Shown: positions 51,278 through 61,116 of the stretch, piece by piece
How the letters are laid out: each line of letters starts with the position of its first letter
Position numbering within the stretch: the stretch's first letter is position 1
Assembly: GCA_965203555.1 (NCBI GenBank)
Contig: CBDBCY010000004.1
Location: 1,440,001-1,504,000 of the forward strand
Source: Acidimicrobiia bacterium
Lineage (GTDB): Bacteria > Actinomycetota > Acidimicrobiia > Spongiisociales > ZC4RG35
Reading direction: 5' to 3'
DNA length: 64,000 nucleotides
Notes under the pieces: generated by a model
Database searches by the model: none
What the model was told of the DNA's origin: nothing
The model's input: the letters and a program-made list of their open reading frames with translations, nothing else
Program-made: the position numbers and the translations under genes

Positions 51278-51935
51278 CCGGTGTTGTCGGTTTCTCGGCA
51301 CTCGTCGAGTGTGACCGAGGGCGGCACTGCTTATTTCCGGGTGACCTCGGATAGGTCTGTGCCTTCCACTATTTCGGTGGGTTTTTCCCGGTCGCAGAGT
51401 GGGTCGTTCGCGAGTTGGAGCGGCAGCGGAACGGTCACCATTAGCAGCGGTAACACCCGGTCGGGGTGGATCAGCGTGAGCACTGTCAATGACAGCACAG
51501 ACGAACCGAACGGTTCGCTCACCCTCACTCTGAACAGCGGAACCGGTTACACGGTGGGGTCGCCGTCGTCTGCTTCGGTGACCGTCAACGACGACGATGT
51601 TGCGCCTTTGCCGGTGTTGACGGTTTCCCGGTATCAGTCGAGTGTGACCGAGGGCAGCACTGCCTATTTCCGGGTGACCTCGGATAGGTCTGTGCCTTCC
51701 ACTATTTCGGTGGGTTTTTCCCGGTCGCAGAGTGGGTCGTTCGCTAGTTGGAGCGGCAGCGGAACGGTCACCATTAGCAGCGGTAACACCCGGTCGGGGT
51801 GGATCAGCGTGAGCACTGTTGATGACAGCACGGACGAACCGAACGGTTCGCTCACCTTGACTCTGAACAGTGGTACCGGTTACACGATCGGGTCGCCGTC
51901 GTCTGCCTCCATCACCGTCAGGGACAATGATGAGG
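51278..51935 (+). repeat. Near-identical intragenic tandem duplication, 333-bp unit
   Basis: Units begin ccggtgttg at 51278 and 51611. Confidence 0.9.
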
Positions 51936-52333
51936 CGCCCGTCACCTGCTCGTCTGGTCAGGCTGAGAAGGATGGCGTCTGTGGCTACCCCGTGCTAACT
52001 GTCCATCAGGATGACCGATCCTCGGTTACCGAGGGTTCCTATGCCGATTTCAGGATTCGCTCTGATCGGCCGTTGCCGGGCACCCTAAAGGTGGAGGTTC
52101 TCCGGTCACAGCGTGGAGACTTCACCACCCAGACTGGTGTTACCTACTGGGAATTGGGAACGGGTAGTACCTCCGGAAGTGGGAGGATTTCGACCGTAAA
52201 TGACTCGACGGATGAGACGGATGGCAGTGTTACGGTCACGATCCGAACCCACTCTGGGTGGCGCTCTGAGTACAGGGTTGGAACACCCAACTCCGCTACG
52301 GTCACCGTCAGGGACAATGACGAGTCGGTGGTC

Positions 52334-53067
52334 ACCTGCTCGTCTGGTCAGTCGAAAAAGAATGGTGTCTGTGGTTACCCGGTGCTGACTATTCGGACTA
52401 GTTCGTCGGACATCACCGAGGGCCAGATAGCCTCCTTCCAGATCCATTCTGACCGTCGCGTTCCGAGGGTGGCCCCAGCCGCGTGGCGAATGGCAGGGGC
52501 GTGGACCGTGAGAAACTGGTCCACCACAATCTCCGGAGGCGATGGACCCTGGCGCATCCTTCGGTGGCGTACTCCCGATGACTCCACCGATGAGCCGGAT
52601 GGTTCGGTGGAGATATCCTTGCGGAGTGGCTCCGGCTACAGAATGGGGTCACCATCGTCCGCTACGGTGACAATCCGGGATAATGACGAACCTACCTGCT
52701 CGTCTGGTCAGTCGAAAAAGAATGGTGTCTGTGGTTACCCGGTGCTGACTATTCGGACTAGTTCGTCGGACATCACCGAGGGCCAGATAGCCTCCTTCCA
52801 GATCCATTCTGACCGTCGCGTTCCTGGATCCCTCAGGGTGGCCCTCAGCCGCGTGGCGAATGGCAACTATGGGGCGTGGACCGTGAGAAACTGGTCCACC
52901 ACAATCTCCGGAGGCGATGGACCCTGGCGCATCCTTCGGTGGCGTACTCCCGATGACTCCACCGATGAGCCGGATGGTTCGGTGGAGATATCCTTGCGGA
53001 GTGGCTCCGGCTACAGAATGGGGTCACCATCGTCCGCTACGGTGACAATCCGGGATAATGACGAACC
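52334..53067 (+). repeat. Near-identical intragenic tandem duplication, 360/375-bp units
   Basis: Units begin acctgctcgtctggtcagtcg at 52334 and 52694; the first is 15 nt shorter. Confidence 0.9.
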
Positions 53068-53739
53068 CGCCGTTGTTCCAGTGGTCAGCATCAGTGGTGG
53101 TAGGTCTGTCACTGAGGGAGGAAACGTGGTGTTTACCCTCACCGCTACTCCGAAGCCCACGAAGACGATATCGGTCAAGGTGCATATTGCGGACCCCTAC
53201 AACGATGATCCGGGAATAACCATTTTCCTCACCGATTACAGCGAAAGGACCGTGCGCATCGGCACCAGCGGTAGGGCCACACTCTCCCTTGCCACCGATG
53301 ATGACCAGACGGAGGAGTCGGACGATGATGTGGTGGCTACCATCAAGTCGGGGACCGGGTATCGCATTGGTACTGCCTCAGCCTCGGTTCGGGTGAGGGA
53401 CAATGATGCCCCGGCCACGCCACGTGCTCGGGTTGGTAGTTATGGCAGTGTCGCCGCGGGAAATAGGTTGGGTGCCTGGGTTGGGTTCTACAATGTGGAT
53501 AACCCTCCGACCAGGGTGCGGGTCAAGATAGAACGGCCAGGGTACACCACCGTATACAGGTGGATAACCACGAGCAGCGACTCGAATGGCTGGAAGTTCG
53601 GTCGTATCTCGGAAACCACCTGGAAGGCGGGGTGGGCCAAAATCACGGTTGTGTCGGGAACCGGATACACCTTTGGGGCGACCGTCTCAATCCGAATCTA
53701 TCCCCGAAATTGATGGTGGGTAGCCGATCCCCAATCAAC

Positions 53740-53776
53740 GAAAGGGAGGCTGGGCAACCGGCCTCCCTTTCACTTG
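53740..53776 (+). terminator. Intrinsic terminator-like hairpin after the surface-protein gene
   Basis: gaaagggaggctgg-GCAA-ccggcctccctttc. Confidence 0.75.
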
Positions 53777-53794
53777 CCAAAATATTCCCACACG

Positions 53795-53974
53795 GAAAAC
53801 TGATGGCCATGGCCGACGCGCTCGGTCTCGACCCGGAGTGGATACAGGCCGAGGGCTTCCCCCAGGAACATTTTCGATATCGGTCTCGCTAAGCGGCGTG
53901 ACGCTGTCGCGTTGGGCGCCAAGGAGGTGACCATGAAAGTGTTGGGCCGGATGATGTTCTCACGTCCCGTGTGA
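53795..53974 (+). pseudogene. 5'-truncated, frameshifted DUF4031-like phage gene
   Basis: KLMAMADALGLDPEWIQ....EHF, then after one extra T in cattttcgat, DIGLAKRRDAVALGAKEV; matches the recalled DUF4031 pattern (L.AMA..IG...W.Q...HYD....R..A...GA.E). Confidence 0.6.
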
Positions 53975-54186
53975 GCCTTCCCATCGTCTTTCCGGGCGTT
54001 CACCAGATTCCCATCGCTTCGCGTGTTCCGCGACGCATGATCAACGTCAACATTCTGGAACGCCGATCGAGTGACTTCCAAACCGGCCCTTGGATTATGA
54101 ACTCGGGTGCCTTCACCCGTATCATTTCGGGGGAGGGGCATTTGGCGCCGGGTATCCGAGTAGGACGCAAGGGTGGAACCAGCTGA
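53971..54186 (+). pseudogene. N-terminal remnant of a phage TGT/DpdA-like gene
   Basis: FPGVHQ...INVNILERR.SDF...WIMNSGAFT resembles the (I/L)DSGAF motif region of queuine-tRNA-ribosyltransferase-like proteins; only 71 aa, and Asn stands in place of Asp. Confidence 0.5.
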
Positions 54187-54249
54187 TGCGCCTGGCGCAC
54201 ATAGTGGGCATCACCCGCCGAAAGACCACCTACCCCCATGTTTATTCCT

Positions 54250-55932
54250 TCAAGTATGCGAAACCCGCTGGGACAGTTTTCGATGAAATGTCTCGACTTT
54301 CCCGATTCGCCTTCTTTCGCGATCTCCTTCTGGTGACCCGAAGCGATCCTCCTGCGAGGGGCGAAGCGCCCGTCGCATGATCTTGCCGGTGGTGGTGCGG
54401 GGCAGTTCGTCGAGGAAGGTGACCTTGCTGGGGGTTTCATGAGCAGCCAGCCGGGTGCGGACATGGCTTTGTAGCTCGGAAGCGAGTTTTTCTGAAGGTT
54501 CGAAACCGGGGCGCAAGACTACGAACGCCGCAGGCACGTGTCCGCGGATCTCGTCCGGAACCCCCACCACCGCACACATCGACACCGCCGGGTGGGCCAT
54601 CAGGCTTTCTTCGATTTCCCCAGGGCCGATCCGGTAGCCCCGAGAGGTGATCAGGTCGTCCTTTCGGCTTCGGAACCACAGATAACCGTCGGAATCCTCG
54701 ATTCCCAGGTCGCCGGTGAGCAGCCAATCGTCCCGGTACTTCTCGGCGGTGGCATCGGGACGATTCCAGTAGGCGAGCATCATCACCGGATCGGGAGAGC
54801 GAACGCATATCTCTCCCTCCTGGTCGATCAGGCGGTTGCCCTGTTCATCTTGGACCTCCACCCTGTGTCCCGGGAGTGCCCGGCCCATCGACCCGGGCCG
54901 CACCGGCCAGACGGAGGCGCAGTTGCCTACCACCAGGTTGGCCTCGGTCTGCCCGTAACCCTCGTTGATATGGCACCCCAGAGTCTGCTCAGACCACTCC
55001 AACATCTCCGCTCCCAGGGGTTCGCCACCCGTGAAGATCGCTCGCAAAGACAGGTCAGGACGGTTGACTCCGGAGGCCCGCATCATCTTCAGAGCGGTAG
55101 GCGGCAGGAAAGCCAGCGTTACCCGATGCTCGGCCATCAGGTCGAAAGCAGCGCCCGGATCGAACCTCTCCTCGTCGGAGGTTAAAACCGGTATCCCGTA
55201 GTACCAGGCGGGAATCAGTGCATCCATCAGACCACCCAGCCATGCCCAGTCGGCGGGGGTCCACATGACGTCGTCCGGCTGGGGAGGGAACTCGTAATAG
55301 CACTCGAACCCGGTCAGATGCCCGAACAGGGAGCGGTGCGCATGAAGAGCGCCCTTGGGCGGTCCGGTGGTGCCCGAGGTGTAGATCAGATAGGCGGGAT
55401 CCTCTCCCACGGTGTCGACGGGCGCCATTGCAGGACCGGAACACAATTCATCGAACTGAGGACCGGTCTCGATCGCCGGCAGGTGAGGCGCCGCTTCCTC
55501 CAGTTTGGCCCGGCTGTCGGGATGCACGATGGCTGCCTTGGCGCCTGAATCGGAAAGACGGTAGGAGATGGCATCGGGTCCGAACAGCGTTGCCAGGGGA
55601 AGCGACAAGGCGCCCATTCTCCACAGGGCAAGATGGGCCAGACCGACCTCCAATGACTGGGGGGCGATGATGGCCACCCGATCACCGCGCTCGATTCCCA
55701 TCCCGGCCAGGCCTGCGGCAAGGCGTGAGGAAAGGTCGGTCAGTTGCCCGAAGGTGTACCGGGACGCCGCCCCCGACCGGTGAGCGACCACCAATGCAGT
55801 GGAAGAGGGGTCTTGTTCGTCGGCACACGCCACACCCAGATTGAACCGTTCCGGAATCTGCCAACTGAAGCTACTGACCAGCGACTCGTATGTCATTCCC
55901 ACGTATGGGTTCAGCATCCGTCGCCCGCTCAA
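54250..55932 (-). CDS. Acyl-CoA synthetase (AMP-forming)
   Basis: YTSGTTGPPKG, GYGQTE, TGD, RKDD and LPRTTTGKI motifs. Confidence 0.93.
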   Translation of the reverse strand: MSGRRMLNPYVGMTYESLVSSFSWQIPERFNLGVACADEQDPSSTALVVAHRSGAASRYTFGQLTDLSSRLAAGLAGMGIERGDRVAIIAPQSLEVGLAHLALWRMGALSLPLATLFGPDAISYRLSDSGAKAAIVHPDSRAKLEEAAPHLPAIETGPQFDELCSGPAMAPVDTVGEDPAYLIYTSGTTGPPKGALHAHRSLFGHLTGFECYYEFPPQPDDVMWTPADWAWLGGLMDALIPAWYYGIPVLTSDEERFDPGAAFDLMAEHRVTLAFLPPTALKMMRASGVNRPDLSLRAIFTGGEPLGAEMLEWSEQTLGCHINEGYGQTEANLVVGNCASVWPVRPGSMGRALPGHRVEVQDEQGNRLIDQEGEICVRSPDPVMMLAYWNRPDATAEKYRDDWLLTGDLGIEDSDGYLWFRSRKDDLITSRGYRIGPGEIEESLMAHPAVSMCAVVGVPDEIRGHVPAAFVVLRPGFEPSEKLASELQSHVRTRLAAHETPSKVTFLDELPRTTTGKIMRRALRPSQEDRFGSPEGDRERRRIGKVETFHRKLSQRVSHT

Positions 55933-55985
55933 AGAGATCCCCTTCTACTCAGCAGGTTCTGCCATCGTCATCGCCGCGCCACCCT

Positions 55986-56717
55986 TCACGAAGAGTCTGC
56001 CGCATCCGATCGTCGAAGGGCCCAAACCAGCTTCACCGGAGTGCCGTCCACGCGTTCATCCCCGGCACGGTCGACAGAGAAGCCCGCCTCCTCAAGAAGT
56101 CGAGCCAATCGATCCGTGTCAACTTCGTGGAAGAAGCCCGGCTGACCTCGCCGGCTGCTGTCGTATGAGTCATGACGAGGGTGGGTCGGATCGCTGAATT
56201 GCTCATCGAGGAGGACCAGCCGGCCACCCGGTCGCATCACCCGGCCGAGTTCTCGGCATGCTTTCTCATCATCTCCCCAGTGATGAACGCAATTGATGGA
56301 CCACGCCGCGTCGATCGAAGCGCTGTCCAGTGGCAGATCCTCGGCCTTGCCTTTGAGGACGACCATCCGCTCCCTCAGGCCCCGGGAGGTTCGCCTCATT
56401 CTCATGATTCCTCTCATCAGAGGGGAGGGATCCACGGCAAAAACCCGCCCGTCGCCCACCCGGTCGGAGGCGGATAGGACCGCCGGCCCCATGCCTGCCC
56501 CAATATCCAATACCTGCTCCCCGGGGATTGGATCGATCAGTTCCACCAAGGCCTCGTTCATCGGCGCCTTCCACAGTTGGGGAGCGTGTTTCAGGTATCT
56601 GAGCTGATGCAACCAGCCTTCATGGTGGTGGCCGTGGGCGTGGCCCTCGCCCCCGCCGGAATGGTCGGGAGACGAATGGTGGTGGGACTGTCCTGCAGAT
56701 TCTTGTTGATGTTCCAT
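55986..56717 (-). CDS. Class I SAM-dependent methyltransferase with His-rich N-terminus
   Basis: VLDIGAGMG, AVDPS, AEDLP, HHW and RVMRPGGRL motifs. Confidence 0.88.
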   Translation of the reverse strand: MEHQQESAGQSHHHSSPDHSGGGEGHAHGHHHEGWLHQLRYLKHAPQLWKAPMNEALVELIDPIPGEQVLDIGAGMGPAVLSASDRVGDGRVFAVDPSPLMRGIMRMRRTSRGLRERMVVLKGKAEDLPLDSASIDAAWSINCVHHWGDDEKACRELGRVMRPGGRLVLLDEQFSDPTHPRHDSYDSSRRGQPGFFHEVDTDRLARLLEEAGFSVDRAGDERVDGTPVKLVWALRRSDAADSS

Positions 56718-56745
56718 AACCCGTCTTTCGATTGTTCTTTCCTGT

Positions 56746-58053
56746 TCACTCCCCGTTTTCCATCTCAGCCAGCACCTGGGCGGCGGCGGTCAACGCCCTC
56801 TCCACATCCGACCCGGTATGGGCCGCCGACAGGTACCACAGGCCTCTCCCGATCAGTCTTATTCCTCGACGATGCATGCCCGCCACAAAGCGCCCGTATT
56901 GGGCGGTGTCATAGGAGAGCGTGTCGCGATAGTCCCTGATCCGCTCGGCGTCGGTGAAACCGGCATGGAACATAGGTCCGGGACCCTCCACCCGGAGGGG
57001 ACGTCCCATCCGCTCGGATACCCGGCGCAGACCCTCGGCCAACTCGCCGCCCAGCCTGAAGAGACGGTCGTGGACCTGCTCTCGCTCCAGGATCCGCAGG
57101 GTTGCAACCGCCGCCGCCACGGTGGGATTGCCGGCGTTCATGGTCCCGGCGTGCAGGGCGGTCCCTTCCGCCACATGGGCCATCAGTTCCTCCCTGCCCA
57201 CCAGGGCGCTGATCGGAAACCCGTTGGCCATGGCCTTCCCGAAAGTGGCGAGATCAGGCTCCACCCCGAAATACCCCTGTGCGCCCGACATGCCCAGCCG
57301 GAACCCGGTGATCACCTCATCAAAGATCAACGCCGCCCCATAAGAGGAGCAAAGCGAACGAAGCCCTTCCAAGAATCCCTCAGACGGCATGATGCACCCG
57401 CTGTTGCACATCACCGGCTCGGTGATCACCGCCGCAATCCCTTCGGGGTCGGAAGCCAACGTCCTTTCCACCGCCTCCAGGTCGTTCCAGCAGGCGATGG
57501 CGACCTCGGTGTCCGAAGAGGGTGGACGCCCCTGCGTCCAGGGAAACGGCCGAGGGCCAAGCCGCGATCCCAACGAATCGGCAGAGGGGGCGGAGACACT
57601 CACCGCCACATTGTCAAACCAGCCGTGATAATGACCCTCGAACTTCAGAAACCGGGTCCTTCCGGTATGAACCCGCGCCGCCCGCAATGCGGCATGCACC
57701 GCCTCTGAACCGCTCAGGCTGAAGCGGACCAACTCTGCGCAGGGAACCAAACGCTTGAGGCTTTCGGCCAATTGCAGTTCGGCAAGATGCTGACCGGCAA
57801 AAATCTGACCGGACGAGGTCGCCCGGGCCACCGCCTCCACCACTTCCGGATGGGAGTGGCCCAGGATCAGGGGGCCCTGGCTGAGGGTGAAATCCAGGTA
57901 GGTGTTTCCATCCACGTCAGTGATCCGGCTACCCCGACCCGACTCGTAGAACAGAGGATGGGGGTGCTCGAAAGAGCGGAACTGGCTGGAAACTCCCCCG
58001 GCCAAGGCCATGCAAGCCCGCTGGTAGTACTCCGCGGATCTGTGATGCTTCAT
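56746..58053 (-). CDS. Class III aminotransferase, glutamate-1-semialdehyde aminomutase-like
   Basis: GGVSS, DVDGNTYLD, SGSEA, FEGHYHG, FDEVITGFR and FGKAMANG motifs; substrate not determinable. Confidence 0.88.
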   Translation of the reverse strand: MKHHRSAEYYQRACMALAGGVSSQFRSFEHPHPLFYESGRGSRITDVDGNTYLDFTLSQGPLILGHSHPEVVEAVARATSSGQIFAGQHLAELQLAESLKRLVPCAELVRFSLSGSEAVHAALRAARVHTGRTRFLKFEGHYHGWFDNVAVSVSAPSADSLGSRLGPRPFPWTQGRPPSSDTEVAIACWNDLEAVERTLASDPEGIAAVITEPVMCNSGCIMPSEGFLEGLRSLCSSYGAALIFDEVITGFRLGMSGAQGYFGVEPDLATFGKAMANGFPISALVGREELMAHVAEGTALHAGTMNAGNPTVAAAVATLRILEREQVHDRLFRLGGELAEGLRRVSERMGRPLRVEGPGPMFHAGFTDAERIRDYRDTLSYDTAQYGRFVAGMHRRGIRLIGRGLWYLSAAHTGSDVERALTAAAQVLAEMENGE

Positions 58054-58096
58054 CGCCGCCCAATCTTACGACTGTTGCCCGTATGGGTCCCCATGC

Positions 58097-59371
58097 CTAC
58101 CCGGTCACCAACCACAGATCACCGACATTGGCGCCGGTGGGACCGGTGGTGATCAGGTCTCCGCAGGCTTCCAGGTACGATGACGAGTCGAAACCATGCA
58201 GGTGTTGCGACCAGTCCAGACCGGCGGCGCGACCGCGAGCCATCGTTTCGGCGTCCACCAGGCCACCGGCTGATTCACTCTCTCCATCGATCCCATCGGT
58301 GGCAAAACCCCCAAAGGCCCCCCTGCCGCGCCGGTCAAGACATGCAGCGGCGACCAGGGCGGCATGCTGGTTGCGGCCTCCCCGGCCGGGAGCATCTATA
58401 TTGATTTTCACCGTCGTCTCACCCCAATAGACATCCACCAGGTCGGGAACAGACCTCCTCACGGCCATGCGCGCCGCTTCCTCAGCCTCGCCCACCACCG
58501 GAGAAGCCACGGTCCGAGCCTTCAACCCGTCAGCCTCCAACCGGCGTCGGGCGGCCCGGGCCGCACCCAAACCGTCGGCGAGCACTTCGTAGCAGTGATC
58601 TTCCGGCCCGGGGAGCGAAGAGGCCCGAGCCCGGAGATATCTCATCACCGCGGGCGGCGCCCGGTGCTCCAGGCGGTAGTCGGACAGCACCGCCCGGGCG
58701 TCGGCGGCGGTGGTGCCGTCGGGCAGAGTAGGCCCGGAGGCGATGGCGGAAGCAGGGCCATCCAACACATCGGAGATCAGCAGGGAAACCATACGGCATC
58801 CACTGGCATTGCGAGCGATGCCCCCGTTCTTGACTTCGGACAGATGCCTTCGCACGATATTCATCTCTGCGATCGGGACCCCACCGGTGACCAGCAGCCG
58901 TCCCACCTCCTGCAAATCTCCAAAGCTGATGCCCGGCGCCGGGACCTCCATGAGAGCCGATCCCCCTCCCGACACCAGCGCCAGCAACCATTCACCGGGC
59001 TTCCCTGCCGACGCCAGCCGCAGGGCGGCCCGGCCTGCTTCCAGACTGGCCCGGCCCGGATAGGGATGATCTCCGACCATCACCCTGATCAAAGGATGGG
59101 GGGCAGGCCGATGATGATCGGCGATGATCAGGCCTCCCACCAACCGTTTCCGGAGAGTCTCCGCCGCCGCGGCAGCCATCCCGTGAGCCCCCTTTCCCAC
59201 CGCCAGCACGCGGACTCCCGTCCCGTCGTCGGGCCCTGCTCCCCCGACCTCCAACCGGTTTGCTGGTTCGCAAAGGCGCCGGCGCGTCACCAGATACGGG
59301 TCGACGGATCGCAGCGCCGCCCGGTAGGCGTCCAGAAAGGCCGTTCTGAAGGTATGAGTGTCAGCCGTCAA
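58097..59371 (-). CDS. Glycerate 2-kinase (DUF4147/MOFRL)
   Basis: VGKGA, SGGGSAL, SDV, IASGPT, GRGGRN, TDGIDG and TGPTGANVGD motifs. Confidence 0.9.
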   Translation of the reverse strand: MTADTHTFRTAFLDAYRAALRSVDPYLVTRRRLCEPANRLEVGGAGPDDGTGVRVLAVGKGAHGMAAAAAETLRKRLVGGLIIADHHRPAPHPLIRVMVGDHPYPGRASLEAGRAALRLASAGKPGEWLLALVSGGGSALMEVPAPGISFGDLQEVGRLLVTGGVPIAEMNIVRRHLSEVKNGGIARNASGCRMVSLLISDVLDGPASAIASGPTLPDGTTAADARAVLSDYRLEHRAPPAVMRYLRARASSLPGPEDHCYEVLADGLGAARAARRRLEADGLKARTVASPVVGEAEEAARMAVRRSVPDLVDVYWGETTVKINIDAPGRGGRNQHAALVAAACLDRRGRGAFGGFATDGIDGESESAGGLVDAETMARGRAAGLDWSQHLHGFDSSSYLEACGDLITTGPTGANVGDLWLVTG

Positions 59372-60096
59372 GGTATGACGATCTTGAAGGCCTCGGCTGC
59401 CTTCAGCCCGGCCGGCCCACCCGCCTCGACAGCCCGGCGGTTGATCTTGTCGGCGAACCGCTCACGGTGGACCGCCGACAGGTCGGCGTCATCCATGGTG
59501 GTCTCGGCCTGACTGGAATGACAGAGCAAAGCCGCCACTTTCTGATCGACGTGTCCGCTGATGTCCTCCCGGTGGTCGGGCTGGTCGGTCGCCCAGTAGA
59601 GAATCGCATCCGGTCGGTGCTTGTTCATCCCTTCCGACAGTTGGTCGGGATAGAAGAGGTGATCCCGGGCCGCCACCACGCCGTCGCTGGCGGCCATTCC
59701 GGTTACCCGATGATCGGGGTGCAGCAGATAGCGCTTCCACGGATCGTGGGTGAGCACGACATCGGGCCGCAGTTTCCTGATCCACCAGCACAGCGTCTCC
59801 CGCAGTTTCATGGAGTACTCCAACTCTCCGTCCACCTTCCCCAGCATCACCACTTCACCCGTGACGCCCAGCGCCGACGCCGAGCGAAGCTGTTCGGCCC
59901 GGCGAGTCTCGATCAACTCGGCGGGGTCGGCGCCCGGATCCCAGCTGCCCTTCGACCCGTCGGTCATCACCAACATCGATGCCCGGCACCCCTTCGCCGA
60001 CCACTTGGAAAGCACTCCCCCCGCTCCGAACTCGGCATCGTCAGGATGAGCGCCGATTGTCAAAGCACGGGCGGGAGTGGAGAGTTGTTTGCTCAC
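59368..60096 (-). CDS. PIG-L family deacetylase
   Basis: AHPDDAE, HPDHR and HSSQ motifs. Confidence 0.92.
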   Translation of the reverse strand: MSKQLSTPARALTIGAHPDDAEFGAGGVLSKWSAKGCRASMLVMTDGSKGSWDPGADPAELIETRRAEQLRSASALGVTGEVVMLGKVDGELEYSMKLRETLCWWIRKLRPDVVLTHDPWKRYLLHPDHRVTGMAASDGVVAARDHLFYPDQLSEGMNKHRPDAILYWATDQPDHREDISGHVDQKVAALLCHSSQAETTMDDADLSAVHRERFADKINRRAVEAGGPAGLKAAEAFKIVIP

Positions 60097-60172
60097 TTTG
60101 ATCCGTCCTTTCCCCGACCACGCATCTGCGGTTTCCTTCCGTATTCAAGCATGGTTCTCAACCCGGAATGCG

Positions 60173-60337
60173 TCAAATGCTTACCCGTTCGCCGACGTAG
60201 CGAAGCCACTCTTCATCGGGCGCCTCCTGACCGAGTGGCCAATCCGAGTGCCCTGGATAAATAATGCGCTCATCATCCTCTTCCAGGGCGCGCGCAACAC
60301 CTATCAGACTCGCGTCAAAAAATATGCGTCGGCTCAC
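60173..60337 (-). pseudogene. Truncated VapC45-type PIN toxin, 54 aa
   Basis: MSRRIFFDASLIGVARAL...PDEEWLRYVGERVSI*; GTGA overlap with the antitoxin stop; ends before the T.D..IR motif. Confidence 0.75.
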
Positions 60338-61053
60338 GCCGCCCGGCGTGACCAGAGTGACGATTCGAAGCGAACGGCTTCCTCTATGTCCCGGCGGGTC
60401 AGGCCATAGTCACCGTATACCTTTTGAAGGGTGGAGATGGACTCACCCGCGGTGCGCAGTTCAGCAATCATCTCCGTACGCACTCCATTGATATGCGGCA
60501 AGCCCAAGACAACGCGAGAATCCAAAACGATCCTTCGGTATCCCGGCCACGGATACCACTTGGCGGCGACTCCCCCTTCAACGCCCGGCGGCTCGAACTC
60601 AACCCGTTCGAAGAACTGTTTCGCGACAGGCGCCAAAACAAGCTGATAAGGATCGCTGGATGACCCCTCCACCACGAGAAACAGATCCCGGTCGATGTCG
60701 AGGCTTTGCTGCTCGCGCCACAGTAATTGCAGGCCGTCGGAGTAGAGAGGCCTGGCTTGGGCAAGCGGGTAAGAGGTCTGGAGGCTCTCCCGCAGGGCGA
60801 CAATCAGGGGTCGCAGTCTCTCGATTGGGAGCCTTCGATTCCTGCACTCTCCCAGGAATCCTGCTTCCACGAACTCGCCCCACGTGACATCGGTGTCACC
60901 CGTGCGCTCCGGTCTGATCAGAGGCTTGATCACCCTATCGAACCGGCGGTCGCCATCCAGCCACCTGCGCAGCGTCTTGTCCGGAATACCAAGCAGCCGA
61001 GCCGCCTCGTTCATTTGATAGACAGGACGATCCAATGGTGGCGGGTCTTGCAC
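60334..61053 (-). CDS. HTH + DUF433 antitoxin (VapB45/Rv2018-like)
   Basis: VY..EAARLLGIP..TLRRWL, VTWGEFVEA, YPLA and LDSRVVLGLPHINGVRTE motifs. Confidence 0.88.
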   Translation of the reverse strand: MQDPPPLDRPVYQMNEAARLLGIPDKTLRRWLDGDRRFDRVIKPLIRPERTGDTDVTWGEFVEAGFLGECRNRRLPIERLRPLIVALRESLQTSYPLAQARPLYSDGLQLLWREQQSLDIDRDLFLVVEGSSSDPYQLVLAPVAKQFFERVEFEPPGVEGGVAAKWYPWPGYRRIVLDSRVVLGLPHINGVRTEMIAELRTAGESISTLQKVYGDYGLTRRDIEEAVRFESSLWSRRAA

Positions 61054-61116
61054 CGTTACCTCCTCGCAGCCTCTGTGAGTGCCTGAGGGCTGCCGTTCAT
61101 CGTAGCCTACTTCTCT

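Larger units (their letters stand above)
49884..53713 (+). pseudogene. 3' part of the Calx-beta/cadherin-like repeat surface protein
   Basis: Repeated VTEG..A.F...DDSTDE.DGSV...GY.VGSPSSATVT(I/V)RDND modules; poly-Thr (17 codons, 50849-50899). Confidence 0.85.

Noticed and set aside
43292-54340. att direct repeats or an integrase bounding the island
   Set aside because: None found by eye; island limits are inferred from gene content only.
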